A program made the position numbers and the translations under genes. A DNA stretch of 32,000 nucleotides, taken from Planctopirus limnophila DSM 3776. Its GTDB lineage: Bacteria > Planctomycetota > Planctomycetia > Planctomycetales > Planctomycetaceae. Positions 16,366 through 25,900 of this stretch are shown here, in pieces; within the stretch, counting starts at the first letter, position 1, and every line of letters starts with the position of its first letter. Under the pieces are notes generated by a model, which was given only the letters and a program-made list of their open reading frames with translations, had not been told where the DNA came from and searched no databases. The stretch covers positions 2,520,001 through 2,552,000 of the forward strand of contig NC_014148.1 in assembly GCF_000092105.1 (NCBI RefSeq), in the 5' to 3' direction.

Positions 16366-17718
16366 ATGACGATTGAATTTTTGTGCGTCCACTGCCAAGC
16401 GCACATCCGCGTCCCTGATCGCGCCGGAGGGCGTGGTGGTGAATGCCCGCGTTGCCGCAAGAAGATCAAAGTTCCAAAAAAGTCGACGCTCCCGGCTGCT
16501 CCACCAGAAGCAGCACCTGCTCCAGTTGCCGCGGCAGGCCCTGCCACAAAATCCTCAGCTGCGACCAGAACGAGTTCGTCAGCCATACCTGCCGCTGCAA
16601 AAGTCGCGTCCATCCCCAAGCCCAACGAGCACGACGAACTCGAAGTCGAATTCTCATCAGTCGATGAAGCGACTGGACAAGAAGTTTCTCCCGCCGCTTC
16701 CAGGCATGCGGCACCATCCAGCGCGAGCAGCGCTGTCTCACCAGTCGAGGTCACACAGACAACTTCCAAGAAACCGAGAACAGTCAAAGTTCGTCGTCGT
16801 GGCGACAGCACTGGTCTGCTCATGGGGGTTGTGGCCGTCATTCTGGTGACCTGCCTGGGTGGAGCGGGCTATTGGTGGTCGACTCAAAAATCGATCTTGA
16901 AAGAACAGGTCAAAGCCTACGCACATGCGCCCGAATCTATCCCGAAGGTCTCTGTTCGGTCGACGTCACTCATGGTGGATGAAGCGACTCGCGAGAAGGT
17001 GTTCAGCGCTCTGGAGCGAAACCAGCTCCCGCTGTTGAGTTCCGTCATGGAAATCTACATCTCCGCCAAAGGGGATGAACTGAACATTGCCGTCAATCGA
17101 GGTAAGCAGACTCAATTTGTCGCTGTCGAAATTCCTACAGAATCTCCCATTCGAGAATACTTTCAGAAGAATTTTGAGACGCTCGCCAAGCCTCAACTGG
17201 ACCTGCTGAAAACTTCCGGCAGCGAATTCGTCGAAGCGTATGGCCGTCAGCTATCGGGCAAGGGAACACCCGGCGAAATTCCCCGCTTTCGAGATTCTTT
17301 CGCTTTGCCACAACTTGTGGGGCCACTGGGGTTCCATCTTGTGGCAAAGACTGGCGATGGCAACTCGTATCGCTGTGTGGCCGAAGATGGCCCGCTCCTC
17401 TGGTTCCTGCTCCCTCCTGGTGTGAAAAACTTTAGTATCGAAGGCCGCCCGATTGGCAATCAGACGCTCTTGCCCGTTCAACTCGAGGTAACTGTGACCT
17501 CTGATCCTCTTCCTGATTCCAAGGCAGAGCCCGTCAATCCTCCAGATGCAGCGCAACCTGCTCCGGGGAACATGGAGATGAAGGACGACGAAAAGGGAAT
17601 GAAAGATCCCCAGGAGATGCCTGACAAAAAAGGGATGGACATGGAGATGAAGCCCGATCCAGCGATGAAGTCCGATGCGGACATGAAGCCGGATCCCAAG
17701 ACTTCTGAGGACAAATGA
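16366..17718 (+). CDS. zinc-ribbon / single-pass membrane protein with Met-Lys-Asp-Pro-rich C-terminal repeats
   Basis: Lies in ORF 16309..17718 with an ATG at 16366. The N-terminus carries CVHC...x17...CPRC, a zinc ribbon. An A/P/S-rich linker follows. The TM helix is LLMGVVAVILVTCLGGAGYWW. The roughly 230-aa extracytoplasmic domain ends in the tail MEMKDDEKGMKDPQEMPDKKGMDMEMKPDPAMKSDADMKPDPK. Confidence 0.7.
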   Translation: MTIEFLCVHCQAHIRVPDRAGGRGGECPRCRKKIKVPKKSTLPAAPPEAAPAPVAAAGPATKSSAATRTSSSAIPAAAKVASIPKPNEHDELEVEFSSVDEATGQEVSPAASRHAAPSSASSAVSPVEVTQTTSKKPRTVKVRRRGDSTGLLMGVVAVILVTCLGGAGYWWSTQKSILKEQVKAYAHAPESIPKVSVRSTSLMVDEATREKVFSALERNQLPLLSSVMEIYISAKGDELNIAVNRGKQTQFVAVEIPTESPIREYFQKNFETLAKPQLDLLKTSGSEFVEAYGRQLSGKGTPGEIPRFRDSFALPQLVGPLGFHLVAKTGDGNSYRCVAEDGPLLWFLLPPGVKNFSIEGRPIGNQTLLPVQLEVTVTSDPLPDSKAEPVNPPDAAQPAPGNMEMKDDEKGMKDPQEMPDKKGMDMEMKPDPAMKSDADMKPDPKTSEDK

Positions 17719-17892
17719 ACTTTCGTTGGCGACGAGAATCTCGGGGCTTCTCCTCTCGCTCTTGAACTCGCCTCGGGATAAACTCTGCCTGCAAACTCAA
17801 CCTATTCACCGCAAGTTGTCATATTCAGAGATCCAGTTCCTGATTTATGAACTTGCGGAAGACACGGATCCTGAGCAGGTCAATCCCACGTC

Positions 17893-18696
17893 ATGATTCC
17901 TTTGTATGATTCGATCTCAGCTCGTCGTCTGAGTGTGACCAATTACGGAATCATTGCAGCCTGTGCTGCCGTGTTTCTCATTCAGTTTTTTGCAGCAGGT
18001 CGCGATCAGCAGATTATTGAAGATTTCGGTCTCATGCCCATTCGTGTGACGTCGGGGAATCAGGCTTATATCGCCCGGATGACTCCCCTGACTGCGAATT
18101 CCACTGATGCGATCGGTTCCATTCCCAAGCCCGATCTCGCGCCGATTGTGTTGACGATCGAACCATCGCCGATTTCTCCACTGGCAACTCTCGTGACGAG
18201 CCTGTTTCTGCATGCCGGCTGGCTGCAACTACTCATCAATCTGTGGTTTCTGGCGATTTTTGGAGATAACGTCGAAGACCGCTTCGGGCATGTTGGTTAT
18301 CTCTGCTTCTACCTGTTATGCGGTGTTTTTTCGGGCTTGCTGGTCTTATTCATGGGAAGTGAGTCGGTCAAGCTTACGATTGGTGCTTCGGGTGCTGTTG
18401 CCGGCGTGATTGGCGCTTACATGGTCATTTTCCCGAGTGCCCAGATAGTGACACTGACGCCGTTTGGCCAAATGTTTCGCCGCATACAGGTACCAGCGAT
18501 CTATCTCGTGATTGTCTGGATCATTCTGCAATGGGCTCTCTCTCGAATTGGCCATTTCCCGCTGATTGAAATGACATGGTGGACTCACCTGGGTGGTCTC
18601 GTGAGTGGGGTCATTCTCGCTGCGATTCTGCGTGCGTTTGGCTGGCTGCAAGCTGGCGAACTCCACGATCCAATCGCTGAGCGCGGTTACTATTGA
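17893..18696 (+). CDS. rhomboid family intramembrane serine protease
   Basis: LHAGWLQLLINLWFLAIFGDNVE matches the H-x4-H-x3-N and FG-x-x-E pattern. The catalytic motif is GASGAVAGVIGAY. A downstream His lies in THLGGLVSG. The protein has multiple TM helices. Confidence 0.88.
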   Translation: MIPLYDSISARRLSVTNYGIIAACAAVFLIQFFAAGRDQQIIEDFGLMPIRVTSGNQAYIARMTPLTANSTDAIGSIPKPDLAPIVLTIEPSPISPLATLVTSLFLHAGWLQLLINLWFLAIFGDNVEDRFGHVGYLCFYLLCGVFSGLLVLFMGSESVKLTIGASGAVAGVIGAYMVIFPSAQIVTLTPFGQMFRRIQVPAIYLVIVWIILQWALSRIGHFPLIEMTWWTHLGGLVSGVILAAILRAFGWLQAGELHDPIAERGYY

Positions 18697-18707
18697 AGCT
18701 GTAGAAC

Positions 18708-19295
18708 ATGGCCCATCCGCTCCCTCTCATTCTGGCCAGCACATCGAAGTACCGGCGAGAACTCCTCGAACGCCTGCAGATTCCCTTCACTTGCCAGTCG
18801 CCGGGTGTTGATGAATCTCGTTGGAAAGAGCAGCGTCTTGAGGCCTCTCGTCTGGCTCAGGAACTGGCGACTGCAAAATCACAGGCGGTGTGGCAGAAAC
18901 ATCCCGATTCGATCGTCATTGGCAGTGATCAAGTCGCAGAAATCTCGGGTGAGATCCTTGATAAGCCGGGGGACTTTGACCGTGCTGCTCAACAACTCCA
19001 AAGGCTGGCTGGCCAGACTCATTCCCTATGGACCGCAGTGGCGATTTCTTCCCCTCAGGGTTGTGAACTGTTCCTTGACCAGACAATCCTCACCATGAGG
19101 TCACTCACGCAGGATGAGATTCACCGGTATCTCGTTGCAGATAAACCTTTCGATTGTGCTGGCAGCTACAAACTGGAATCGCTGGGAATCAGCCTGTTCG
19201 AAAAAATCATCTCTGCCGACCAGACAGCCATTATCGGTTTGCCACTCATGGCTACGGCGCATCACCTGCGCCGACGGGGTTATCAAATCCCCTGA
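18708..19295 (+). CDS. maf: Maf-like nucleoside triphosphate pyrophosphatase (YceF-like subfamily)
   Basis: LILASTSKYRRELLERLQIPF, IGSDQV, DKPFDCAGSYKLE and IGLPL blocks are collinear with E. coli YceF/Maf. Confidence 0.88.
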   Translation: MAHPLPLILASTSKYRRELLERLQIPFTCQSPGVDESRWKEQRLEASRLAQELATAKSQAVWQKHPDSIVIGSDQVAEISGEILDKPGDFDRAAQQLQRLAGQTHSLWTAVAISSPQGCELFLDQTILTMRSLTQDEIHRYLVADKPFDCAGSYKLESLGISLFEKIISADQTAIIGLPLMATAHHLRRRGYQIP

Positions 19296-19331
19296 CATCA
19301 AGATGATTGGCCTCGAAATGGTTCCTTGCGA

Positions 19332-21155
19332 CTAACCAACAATTTCGGCCGTGAGCTTGTCGAACTCTTCGACTTTTGCCGCCAGGACATCAATACTGCG
19401 TGACCAGAACTCGGGCTGCGTAAGATCGAATCCGAACGAGACCTTGACGGCGTCTTCCGCGTCCATGCTTCCCGTACACTCCAGGAACTTCACAAAGTCC
19501 GCAGCGAACGCTGATCCCCGGCTTTTCCCTTCCGAAAAGAGCCCCAGCGAGAGCAGATATCCGAAAGTGTAGGGGAAGTTGTAAAATGGAATCCCCGTGA
19601 AATAGAAGTGCAGCTTCGAGGCCCAGAAACGAGGATTCCAGCCATCTTCTGCCAGGGCATCCAGGTAAGCCTCCTTCTGAGCAGCGACCATTAACTGGCT
19701 CAAATCATCGGCGGCAAGTTCGCCATTCCGCCGGGCTTTGTGGAAGTTGTCTTCAAAGATAAACCTCGCGTGAATGTTCATCAGAAATGCCACACCATCA
19801 GCCAGAGCGGCATCGAGCTGGCACAACCTGTCGTACGGATGTTGAGCCTGCTGCATACGGGTATCTGCAAGGACAGCTTCAGCAAACGTACTGGCTGTTT
19901 CGGCAAGATTCATCGGGTAATCAGCGAGCAGATAGGGGACATCTTTCAGCACATACGAGTGATAAGCATGCCCCAGTTCATGGGCCAGAGTTGACATACT
20001 GTCGGCGGTCTCCGTGTATGTCATAAACATGCGGGATTGCCCCGCCGCCCGATATCCCGTGCAGAAAGCACCTTGCCTCTTACCAGCTCGATTGACAGCT
20101 TCCGACCAGCCATCCCTGAGTGCCATTCGCGCAAAATCCTGCATGTGCGGACTGAATGAGCCAAAGGCACTCACGATCTGCTCACAGGCTGATTGATAAG
20201 GCAATTTTTCCGGCATTTGACCGGGCTTGCGAGGCAATGGAGCCGTCAAGTCGTACCAGGCGAGCTTTTCCAAACCCATGAGACGGGCTTTGGCTTGCAG
20301 ATACTTAAGAAGTACTGCTTTCTTCTGAGTAATCACGTTCCACATCTGATTCAACGTGGCCCGGCTCATGCGATTCCACATCAGCGGCGAAACCAGATGG
20401 TCTTCAACACCTAACTGGTCATAGATCGTCAAGCGTGTTCCCGCGATATGATTGATCGCCTCGGCGCAGAGATTCTCGATCGATTTCCACGCCACGTCGG
20501 CAGCAAAGTAATTTGACTGACGCTCAGCACGATCAGGACTGTCGAACTGAACCTGGCTGCATGATTTTTCGACCAGCCGACCCTTTTCGAGCAACTGAAT
20601 CTTCAGTGCTCCCGAAATGCGATCGTACAGACGACCCCAGGCATGGAGCCCATCGACGGCCAGCTGATTGGCGAGATTTTCTTGAGCTTCGGGCAACCGC
20701 ATGCGGGCAGCCCGCTGACGCAACTTCCACGCGTAGGTCCGCTCAAAAAGCCAGGGCTCCCTGGCCACAAAAGCCACCAGATCTTCCTCACTGAGCGTTC
20801 GAAAAGCCGCTTCAATCAACGCTCCCACCTGCTCACGCAAGGGGGCCAGCGATGAGAGTTCCGCTTCGATTCTTTGAAATTGGGCATTGGTCGCATCGCT
20901 CGCACAGTAGCATTCGACGTGAGATCTGAGATCCGAAATGGTGGTTTCCATGTCTTCAAACTGCGCCAGCAGTTGGCGCCACACCTGGGCAGCATCGGGA
21001 CCGATCTCTGGTGCGGCTGTCAGTTGTGCCACAAGGCCTTCGAGACCTTTCTTGGCACTGACGAGTTTCTGCTGAAATTCAGCCGTTCCTAAAGCTGGCA
21101 GCAGAGAATCCAGATCCCAGACTTCACTGTAAACCACTGTCTCTGAACCCGACAT
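19332..21155 (-). CDS. pepF: M3 family oligoendopeptidase (PepF-like)
   Basis: Zinc motif HELGHAYH with a downstream glutamate in NLAETAS. The ORF runs to 21428, but the ATG at 21155 (MSGSETVVYSEVWDLDSLLP) gives the family-typical length of about 607 aa. Confidence 0.85.
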   Translation of the reverse strand: MSGSETVVYSEVWDLDSLLPALGTAEFQQKLVSAKKGLEGLVAQLTAAPEIGPDAAQVWRQLLAQFEDMETTISDLRSHVECYCASDATNAQFQRIEAELSSLAPLREQVGALIEAAFRTLSEEDLVAFVAREPWLFERTYAWKLRQRAARMRLPEAQENLANQLAVDGLHAWGRLYDRISGALKIQLLEKGRLVEKSCSQVQFDSPDRAERQSNYFAADVAWKSIENLCAEAINHIAGTRLTIYDQLGVEDHLVSPLMWNRMSRATLNQMWNVITQKKAVLLKYLQAKARLMGLEKLAWYDLTAPLPRKPGQMPEKLPYQSACEQIVSAFGSFSPHMQDFARMALRDGWSEAVNRAGKRQGAFCTGYRAAGQSRMFMTYTETADSMSTLAHELGHAYHSYVLKDVPYLLADYPMNLAETASTFAEAVLADTRMQQAQHPYDRLCQLDAALADGVAFLMNIHARFIFEDNFHKARRNGELAADDLSQLMVAAQKEAYLDALAEDGWNPRFWASKLHFYFTGIPFYNFPYTFGYLLSLGLFSEGKSRGSAFAADFVKFLECTGSMDAEDAVKVSFGFDLTQPEFWSRSIDVLAAKVEEFDKLTAEIVG

Positions 21156-21460
21156 TATGGATGTATCCCATGGTGGTGATGGCTGCTCATCGTCGGCTTT
21201 GATCGAACGCGTGGATCGCAGCCGTTCCTGTTTAACATATTGTGGACAGAAACAGATTGAGCTGCCAGTGATACCAATCAGAACTCGAGCAGACCTTCCC
21301 ATTATGGAAGATCTGCAGAAGTCGTCCGGCACAGCTTTCAACGGCTGGTGAGTGGCACGGGCCCCCGGAATCAGACTACTCTTCGTCTCAGCGACTACAC
21401 GAATTCGCTGATTCTCTCCGAGTTCCACTGTTTTCCACCGGATCTAAAGTTTTCCATACG

Positions 21461-22765
21461 ATGCCAACTGAAACATTGACTGACTCACCGCTCGACAAAA
21501 AAAGTTCTCGCTCAGCACTCGTCCTCGTCTTTTTGACGGTCTTCATCGATCTCCTCGGCTTCGGGATCGTGCTGCCACTTTTGCCCCGATATGCCGAACA
21601 CTTTCAAGCGACAGGCCTGCAGCTTTCAATGCTCTCGGCGAGCTTTTCTGCGATGCAGTTTCTCTTTTCGCCTCTCTGGGGCCGGCTGTCTGACCGAATC
21701 GGCCGTAGACCCGTGTTGATCTTTGGCCTCGCCAGCACGGCCTTTTTCTATCTGTTGTTTGGTCTCGTCACTCAATGGGGTGTGCATGGGACGATTCTTG
21801 GTCTTTCACCACTGATGTGGCTCTTTATCACCCGCAGCGGTGCCGGGATCTCGGGCGCGACGATTTCAACGGCCCAAGCGTACATTGCCGACTGCACTGG
21901 CAAAGCCGAGCGTGGCAAAGGGATGGCCCTGATTGGTGCTGCCTTTGGGATGGGGTTTACGTTTGGGCCACTTCTCGGTGCGATGTTTGTGAGCAGTGAT
22001 CCGCAAAGTACGCCAACTCCGCTACCGGCATTTGCTGCAGCATCGCTGTCATTCATGGCATTTCTGGCAGCGCTGTTTCTGCTCCCGGAATCACTACCAG
22101 CGGCTGACCGTATCAATCATCTCGAAACGACCGAAATCAGCCCACTCTCCCAACGATTAACAGCAGTTCTGGCCCAGCCTGTCATTTTGATTTTACTTCT
22201 GACGAGTTTCATCGCGACCTTTGCGTTCTCCATCTTTGAGACCACACTTTCGTTACTTACGAAGCAACTGGGGTATTCCGACCGGGGTAACTTTTTTGTC
22301 TTCGCAATTGTGGGGATCACCCTCACGCTGGCTCAGGGACTTCTCGTGAGAAGGCTGTTACCGCGTGTGGGCGAGGTTCGGATGGCGGTTGCTGGAATTG
22401 TTCTCATGGGCCTGGGCCTCGCTGGAGTCGCTTTAAGTGGCCTGATCAGTCAACAGACACTGCTCTGGATTGCCATGCCGGTCGCCGTGATTGGGTTTGC
22501 TGCGACAACACCTTCACTCCAATCGCTGCTTTCACTTTCCGCCTCAAAAACAGAGCAGGGTGGAACCTTGGGCTTGGGTCAAAGTGCCTCTGCCCTCGCT
22601 CGCATTTGCGGGCCCTTTCTTGGCTTTCCTCTTATTGAAATGAATATCTCTTCGCCTTACTTTGCTTCGACGTTGCTCCTCACCTTGAGCCTGTTCATCT
22701 TCCTGCTGATCGCCTCGCGCTTACCTGACAGTACAGGCGAACGCGGTGCTCATGCCGGTCATTGA
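21461..22765 (+). CDS. MFS transporter (drug:H+ antiporter/Tet-like)
   Basis: 434 aa with about 12 hydrophobic helices. MFS motif A is GRLSDRIGRRPVL, located between TM2 and TM3. Confidence 0.88.
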   Translation: MPTETLTDSPLDKKSSRSALVLVFLTVFIDLLGFGIVLPLLPRYAEHFQATGLQLSMLSASFSAMQFLFSPLWGRLSDRIGRRPVLIFGLASTAFFYLLFGLVTQWGVHGTILGLSPLMWLFITRSGAGISGATISTAQAYIADCTGKAERGKGMALIGAAFGMGFTFGPLLGAMFVSSDPQSTPTPLPAFAAASLSFMAFLAALFLLPESLPAADRINHLETTEISPLSQRLTAVLAQPVILILLLTSFIATFAFSIFETTLSLLTKQLGYSDRGNFFVFAIVGITLTLAQGLLVRRLLPRVGEVRMAVAGIVLMGLGLAGVALSGLISQQTLLWIAMPVAVIGFAATTPSLQSLLSLSASKTEQGGTLGLGQSASALARICGPFLGFPLIEMNISSPYFASTLLLTLSLFIFLLIASRLPDSTGERGAHAGH

Positions 22766-22846
22766 ACCGATTTCATCATTTGGCATCGCATACGATGTTT
22801 GATGTGATGAGATAAAGCCGCAGGAAAAATTCAGCCCTCATCCCAG

Positions 22847-22874
22847 CCTTCTCCCAGGAAGACGCGGGAGAAGG
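22847..22874. repeat. perfect 9-bp stem hairpin CCTTCTCCC-n10-GGGAGAAGG (REP-like or terminator-like)
   Basis: Read directly. It lies in the convergent intergenic region between the MFS gene and the giant minus-strand gene. There is no T-tract on the plus strand. Confidence 0.3.
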
Positions 22875-22920
22875 AGCCAGAGGAACTGCAATCCCGGGAA
22901 CATTGTCTGAAGCACTGCAC

Positions 22921-22957
22921 AAAAAAGAAGGCTCGACCAACGATGGGCCTAGCCTTC
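22921..22957 (-). terminator. probable rho-independent terminator of the 1440-aa gene
   Basis: On the minus strand, GAAGGCT-n17-AGCCTTC is followed immediately by TTTTTT (plus-strand AAAAAA at 22921-22926). It begins 26 nt after the stop at 22983. Confidence 0.6.
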
Positions 22958-22982
22958 CTCATTCAGACTTTTCTTCTAGCAA

Positions 22983-25900
22983 TTACTGTTTGATCGATTC
23001 CAGATAGGCCATCAGCGAAGCCAGGTCTTTCACCGTCAGCTTACTCACCAGATCGACTGGCATCATCGAGAGTTCCAACCGAGTTCGCTCATCGATATCT
23101 GCTTTTTGAACGACAGTCGGCACCCCGGTGATGCTGCGGAGTTCGAGATCATCGCCACCTTCTCTCGTGACAAAACCACTCAAGGTTCGACCATCTGTCA
23201 GCAGGAATGACTGCGTCTCAAACCCTTGAGCAATCTTCTTACTGGGCAGAATGATCGATTCCGTAAGCTCCGCCCGGTTGTAACGTGCTGTGATTCCCGC
23301 GAGGAGCGGGCCCTTGATCGTCTCCTTACTCGAAACCGAATGGCAGGCCACACATCCCTGTCGTTTGAAAAGCCGGGCTCCCAGCTTGGCATCGCCTTTA
23401 TGCTTTTCTAAACCGGCAACCACATCTTCCATCGAAAGTGTGCCCACAAGGGGCTCATTAGGATCGACAGGCCGATCCAACTCCATCTTCTCAGAGGCGA
23501 ATCGTGCGGCTGCAGCAATGGCGCCATTCTCATTGGTCGTGAATTGCCGCACCTGAATCGCCTGAGACTCTGCCTGTGTTCGAGCCACAGCTTTTAACAG
23601 TTGAACAGTGTACTGCGGAGACGCATACGCCCGCTGAAAAGTCGCCAGGATCTGATCACGCACAGCGGCTGGTGTTCGCGAAGCTTCGACCAGCGAAAGA
23701 AGCACCGACCAGGCCACTTCCTGTTCACCAGCCTGAGCATCAAACGCTCTTTCGGTCAGCAGAGGGACAATCTCGGCATGCCGGGCATCCTGCAGATACT
23801 CTGTCCACAAACTTACCTGATCGTTGGGCAGCTCATCACTGGGAACGGTTCTACCAAAGGTTGCCAGCAAGCCCTTGGCAGCCTGTGGATCAGGAAGTCG
23901 GGTCATCAGGCCACGAATCGCTGCTGATCGCGTTGCCCAGTCATTTGACTCTGAAAGTGCAGCCGTCGAAAGCAGATCCAACGTAGGACTTGTTCGATCA
24001 TCGGTCGATGCCAACAGTAGAATGGCCTGCGAATAAAAGTTGCGATCAGACTGAGCCAGTTTCAGCAGAGCTGGCACAATCCTGGGCGAAGGGACTCGAT
24101 GCCGCCTTAACTCTTTCACCAGATGCTTCAGCGTATCTCCAGAATCGGCTTCCAGAGCTGCCTCAAGTGCCGTGCGAATCTGATCACTTTGTGACCATGT
24201 GACTGGTTTAAAGTAAGGCCCCGTAGTATCGGGACGAGTTCCCCACCATTTTTTATCCCATGGTGCTTCCTGGAAGTGCAGCCGACAGAGAGCTGTCCGC
24301 ACGAGCTGCTGCTGTTGTTCCGTTCCACTCGAAACGAGTTCCAGAAGCCGATTGACAATCCGTGGATCGTGCAACCTTTTGGCCACGTCGATCACACCGG
24401 CAAACACCTGGGGATCATTGGTTCCGAGAGCATTGACGATCACCTCAATCGGTCGCAGTGAGACCAGAACTTCCTTCGCGACATGCGCCACAACAGCATC
24501 ATCGTTCGCCAGGACGGGAATAAGCTGAGGAGCGGCTGCTGTCCATTGTTGCCGGCCAATCGCCGTCAGTGCCGCCCTGACCACTCGAGGATTATTCGAC
24601 GACAAACCAGCCACCACGAATCCCTGGTTAGCCTTGGGAGAATCCCCCAAAGCCAGCAAGACAGCTTCTTGACAATCCTCTTTTGCATAAATCTCTTCGA
24701 GAGCTTTGACGGCCTCAATCGTGTCGATCTGACCAAGTGTAAAAACTGCCGCCAGTCGGCCAGTTCTAGGCACGCTGCCAACTTGTAATGCCAGGTTTTT
24801 CAGTGCAGTAACTTGCTGTGAAGCCTCGGGACGCCGGAGCAATTCACGCTGAGCGGCCAGACGAGTCACCCCTTGTTCATGGCCTACAAGTGTGACCAGT
24901 TCTTTCATCGAGAGTTTACTGAAGTCGAGTGATTGCTCACTTCGCTGTGTGCCTCGCGGAGTCAGCAGCAGCACATAGCCCACATCGGGTTTATCGAAGT
25001 CAAAGCCACCATTTTTCCAGCTGGCAATGTAGATCTTTCCGGAAGCATCAATCTCCATATCTGTCGGGCGAGGAACGTGCACAAATGGCTCTTGTTCCAC
25101 TTTGAAAGTGGAGCCTGCCGGTGTCAATGGATGCCGGAAAATGATGCTGCGGCCCCAATCGCACGTATAGAAACTGCGTCCCAGCGGGGAGGGGAGAGCG
25201 GGATCATCAATGTAAACCGATCCGCAGGGCGAACCACCACCGAAATCGGCCAGACAATCGATGCGGTCTTCGGGAAAGTTGATGAACTGTGAGGGATAAC
25301 CGTAGTTTCCAAACGGCACGACGTGCGAAAGTCTGACATTCCAGCCGCCGCCATCATTCGTATTGTCTCGGGTGAGCAGATTCATCTCGGGGTCGATGGC
25401 CACGTCGTAAATATTCCGCTGACCACGGGAGACAATCTCCAGATCAGTGCCGTCGGGCTTAACCCTGACCACACCGCCACCATGCAGTTGCAAGGTTTTG
25501 CCATCCTTGGTTTTCGCTTCATAGAAGCCGTAATCACCCACGGCAATGTAAAGGTAGCCATCAATTCCCATCTGCATGCCATTGGTGGTATGGTCTGCAC
25601 CACGGAACTTCAGGTCGAAACCAATCCCGTCAACCAGCACCTCACTCTTTTCAGACTTTCCATCACCATCGCGATCATGGAAGGCCGTCACAAAGGGAGG
25701 ATGCTGGACGTACAACGTGCCATCATCCCACACGAGGCCACGCGGGCTGTCGAGTTCACAGAAGGTGATGAATTCATCGGCCTTTCCATCGCCATTCGTA
25801 TCTCGGCAGCGAACAATTTTTCCCTTTTGAGGCTTGGCACCCAACGAGCCATTTAAATCCACACCGACAAACACCAATCCGTCTGGTGATGTCGTCAAAC

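Noticed and set aside
21156-21428. 91-aa N-terminal extension of the M3 peptidase ORF
   Set aside because: The extension is Cys/Arg/Ser-rich and non-homologous in appearance. The ATG at 21155 restores the canonical length of about 600 aa. The same logic applies to 30876..31184 (FAD oxidoreductase; the Rossmann motif must be N-terminal), 15308..15436, 13663..13755, 12242..12358 and 11288..11380.
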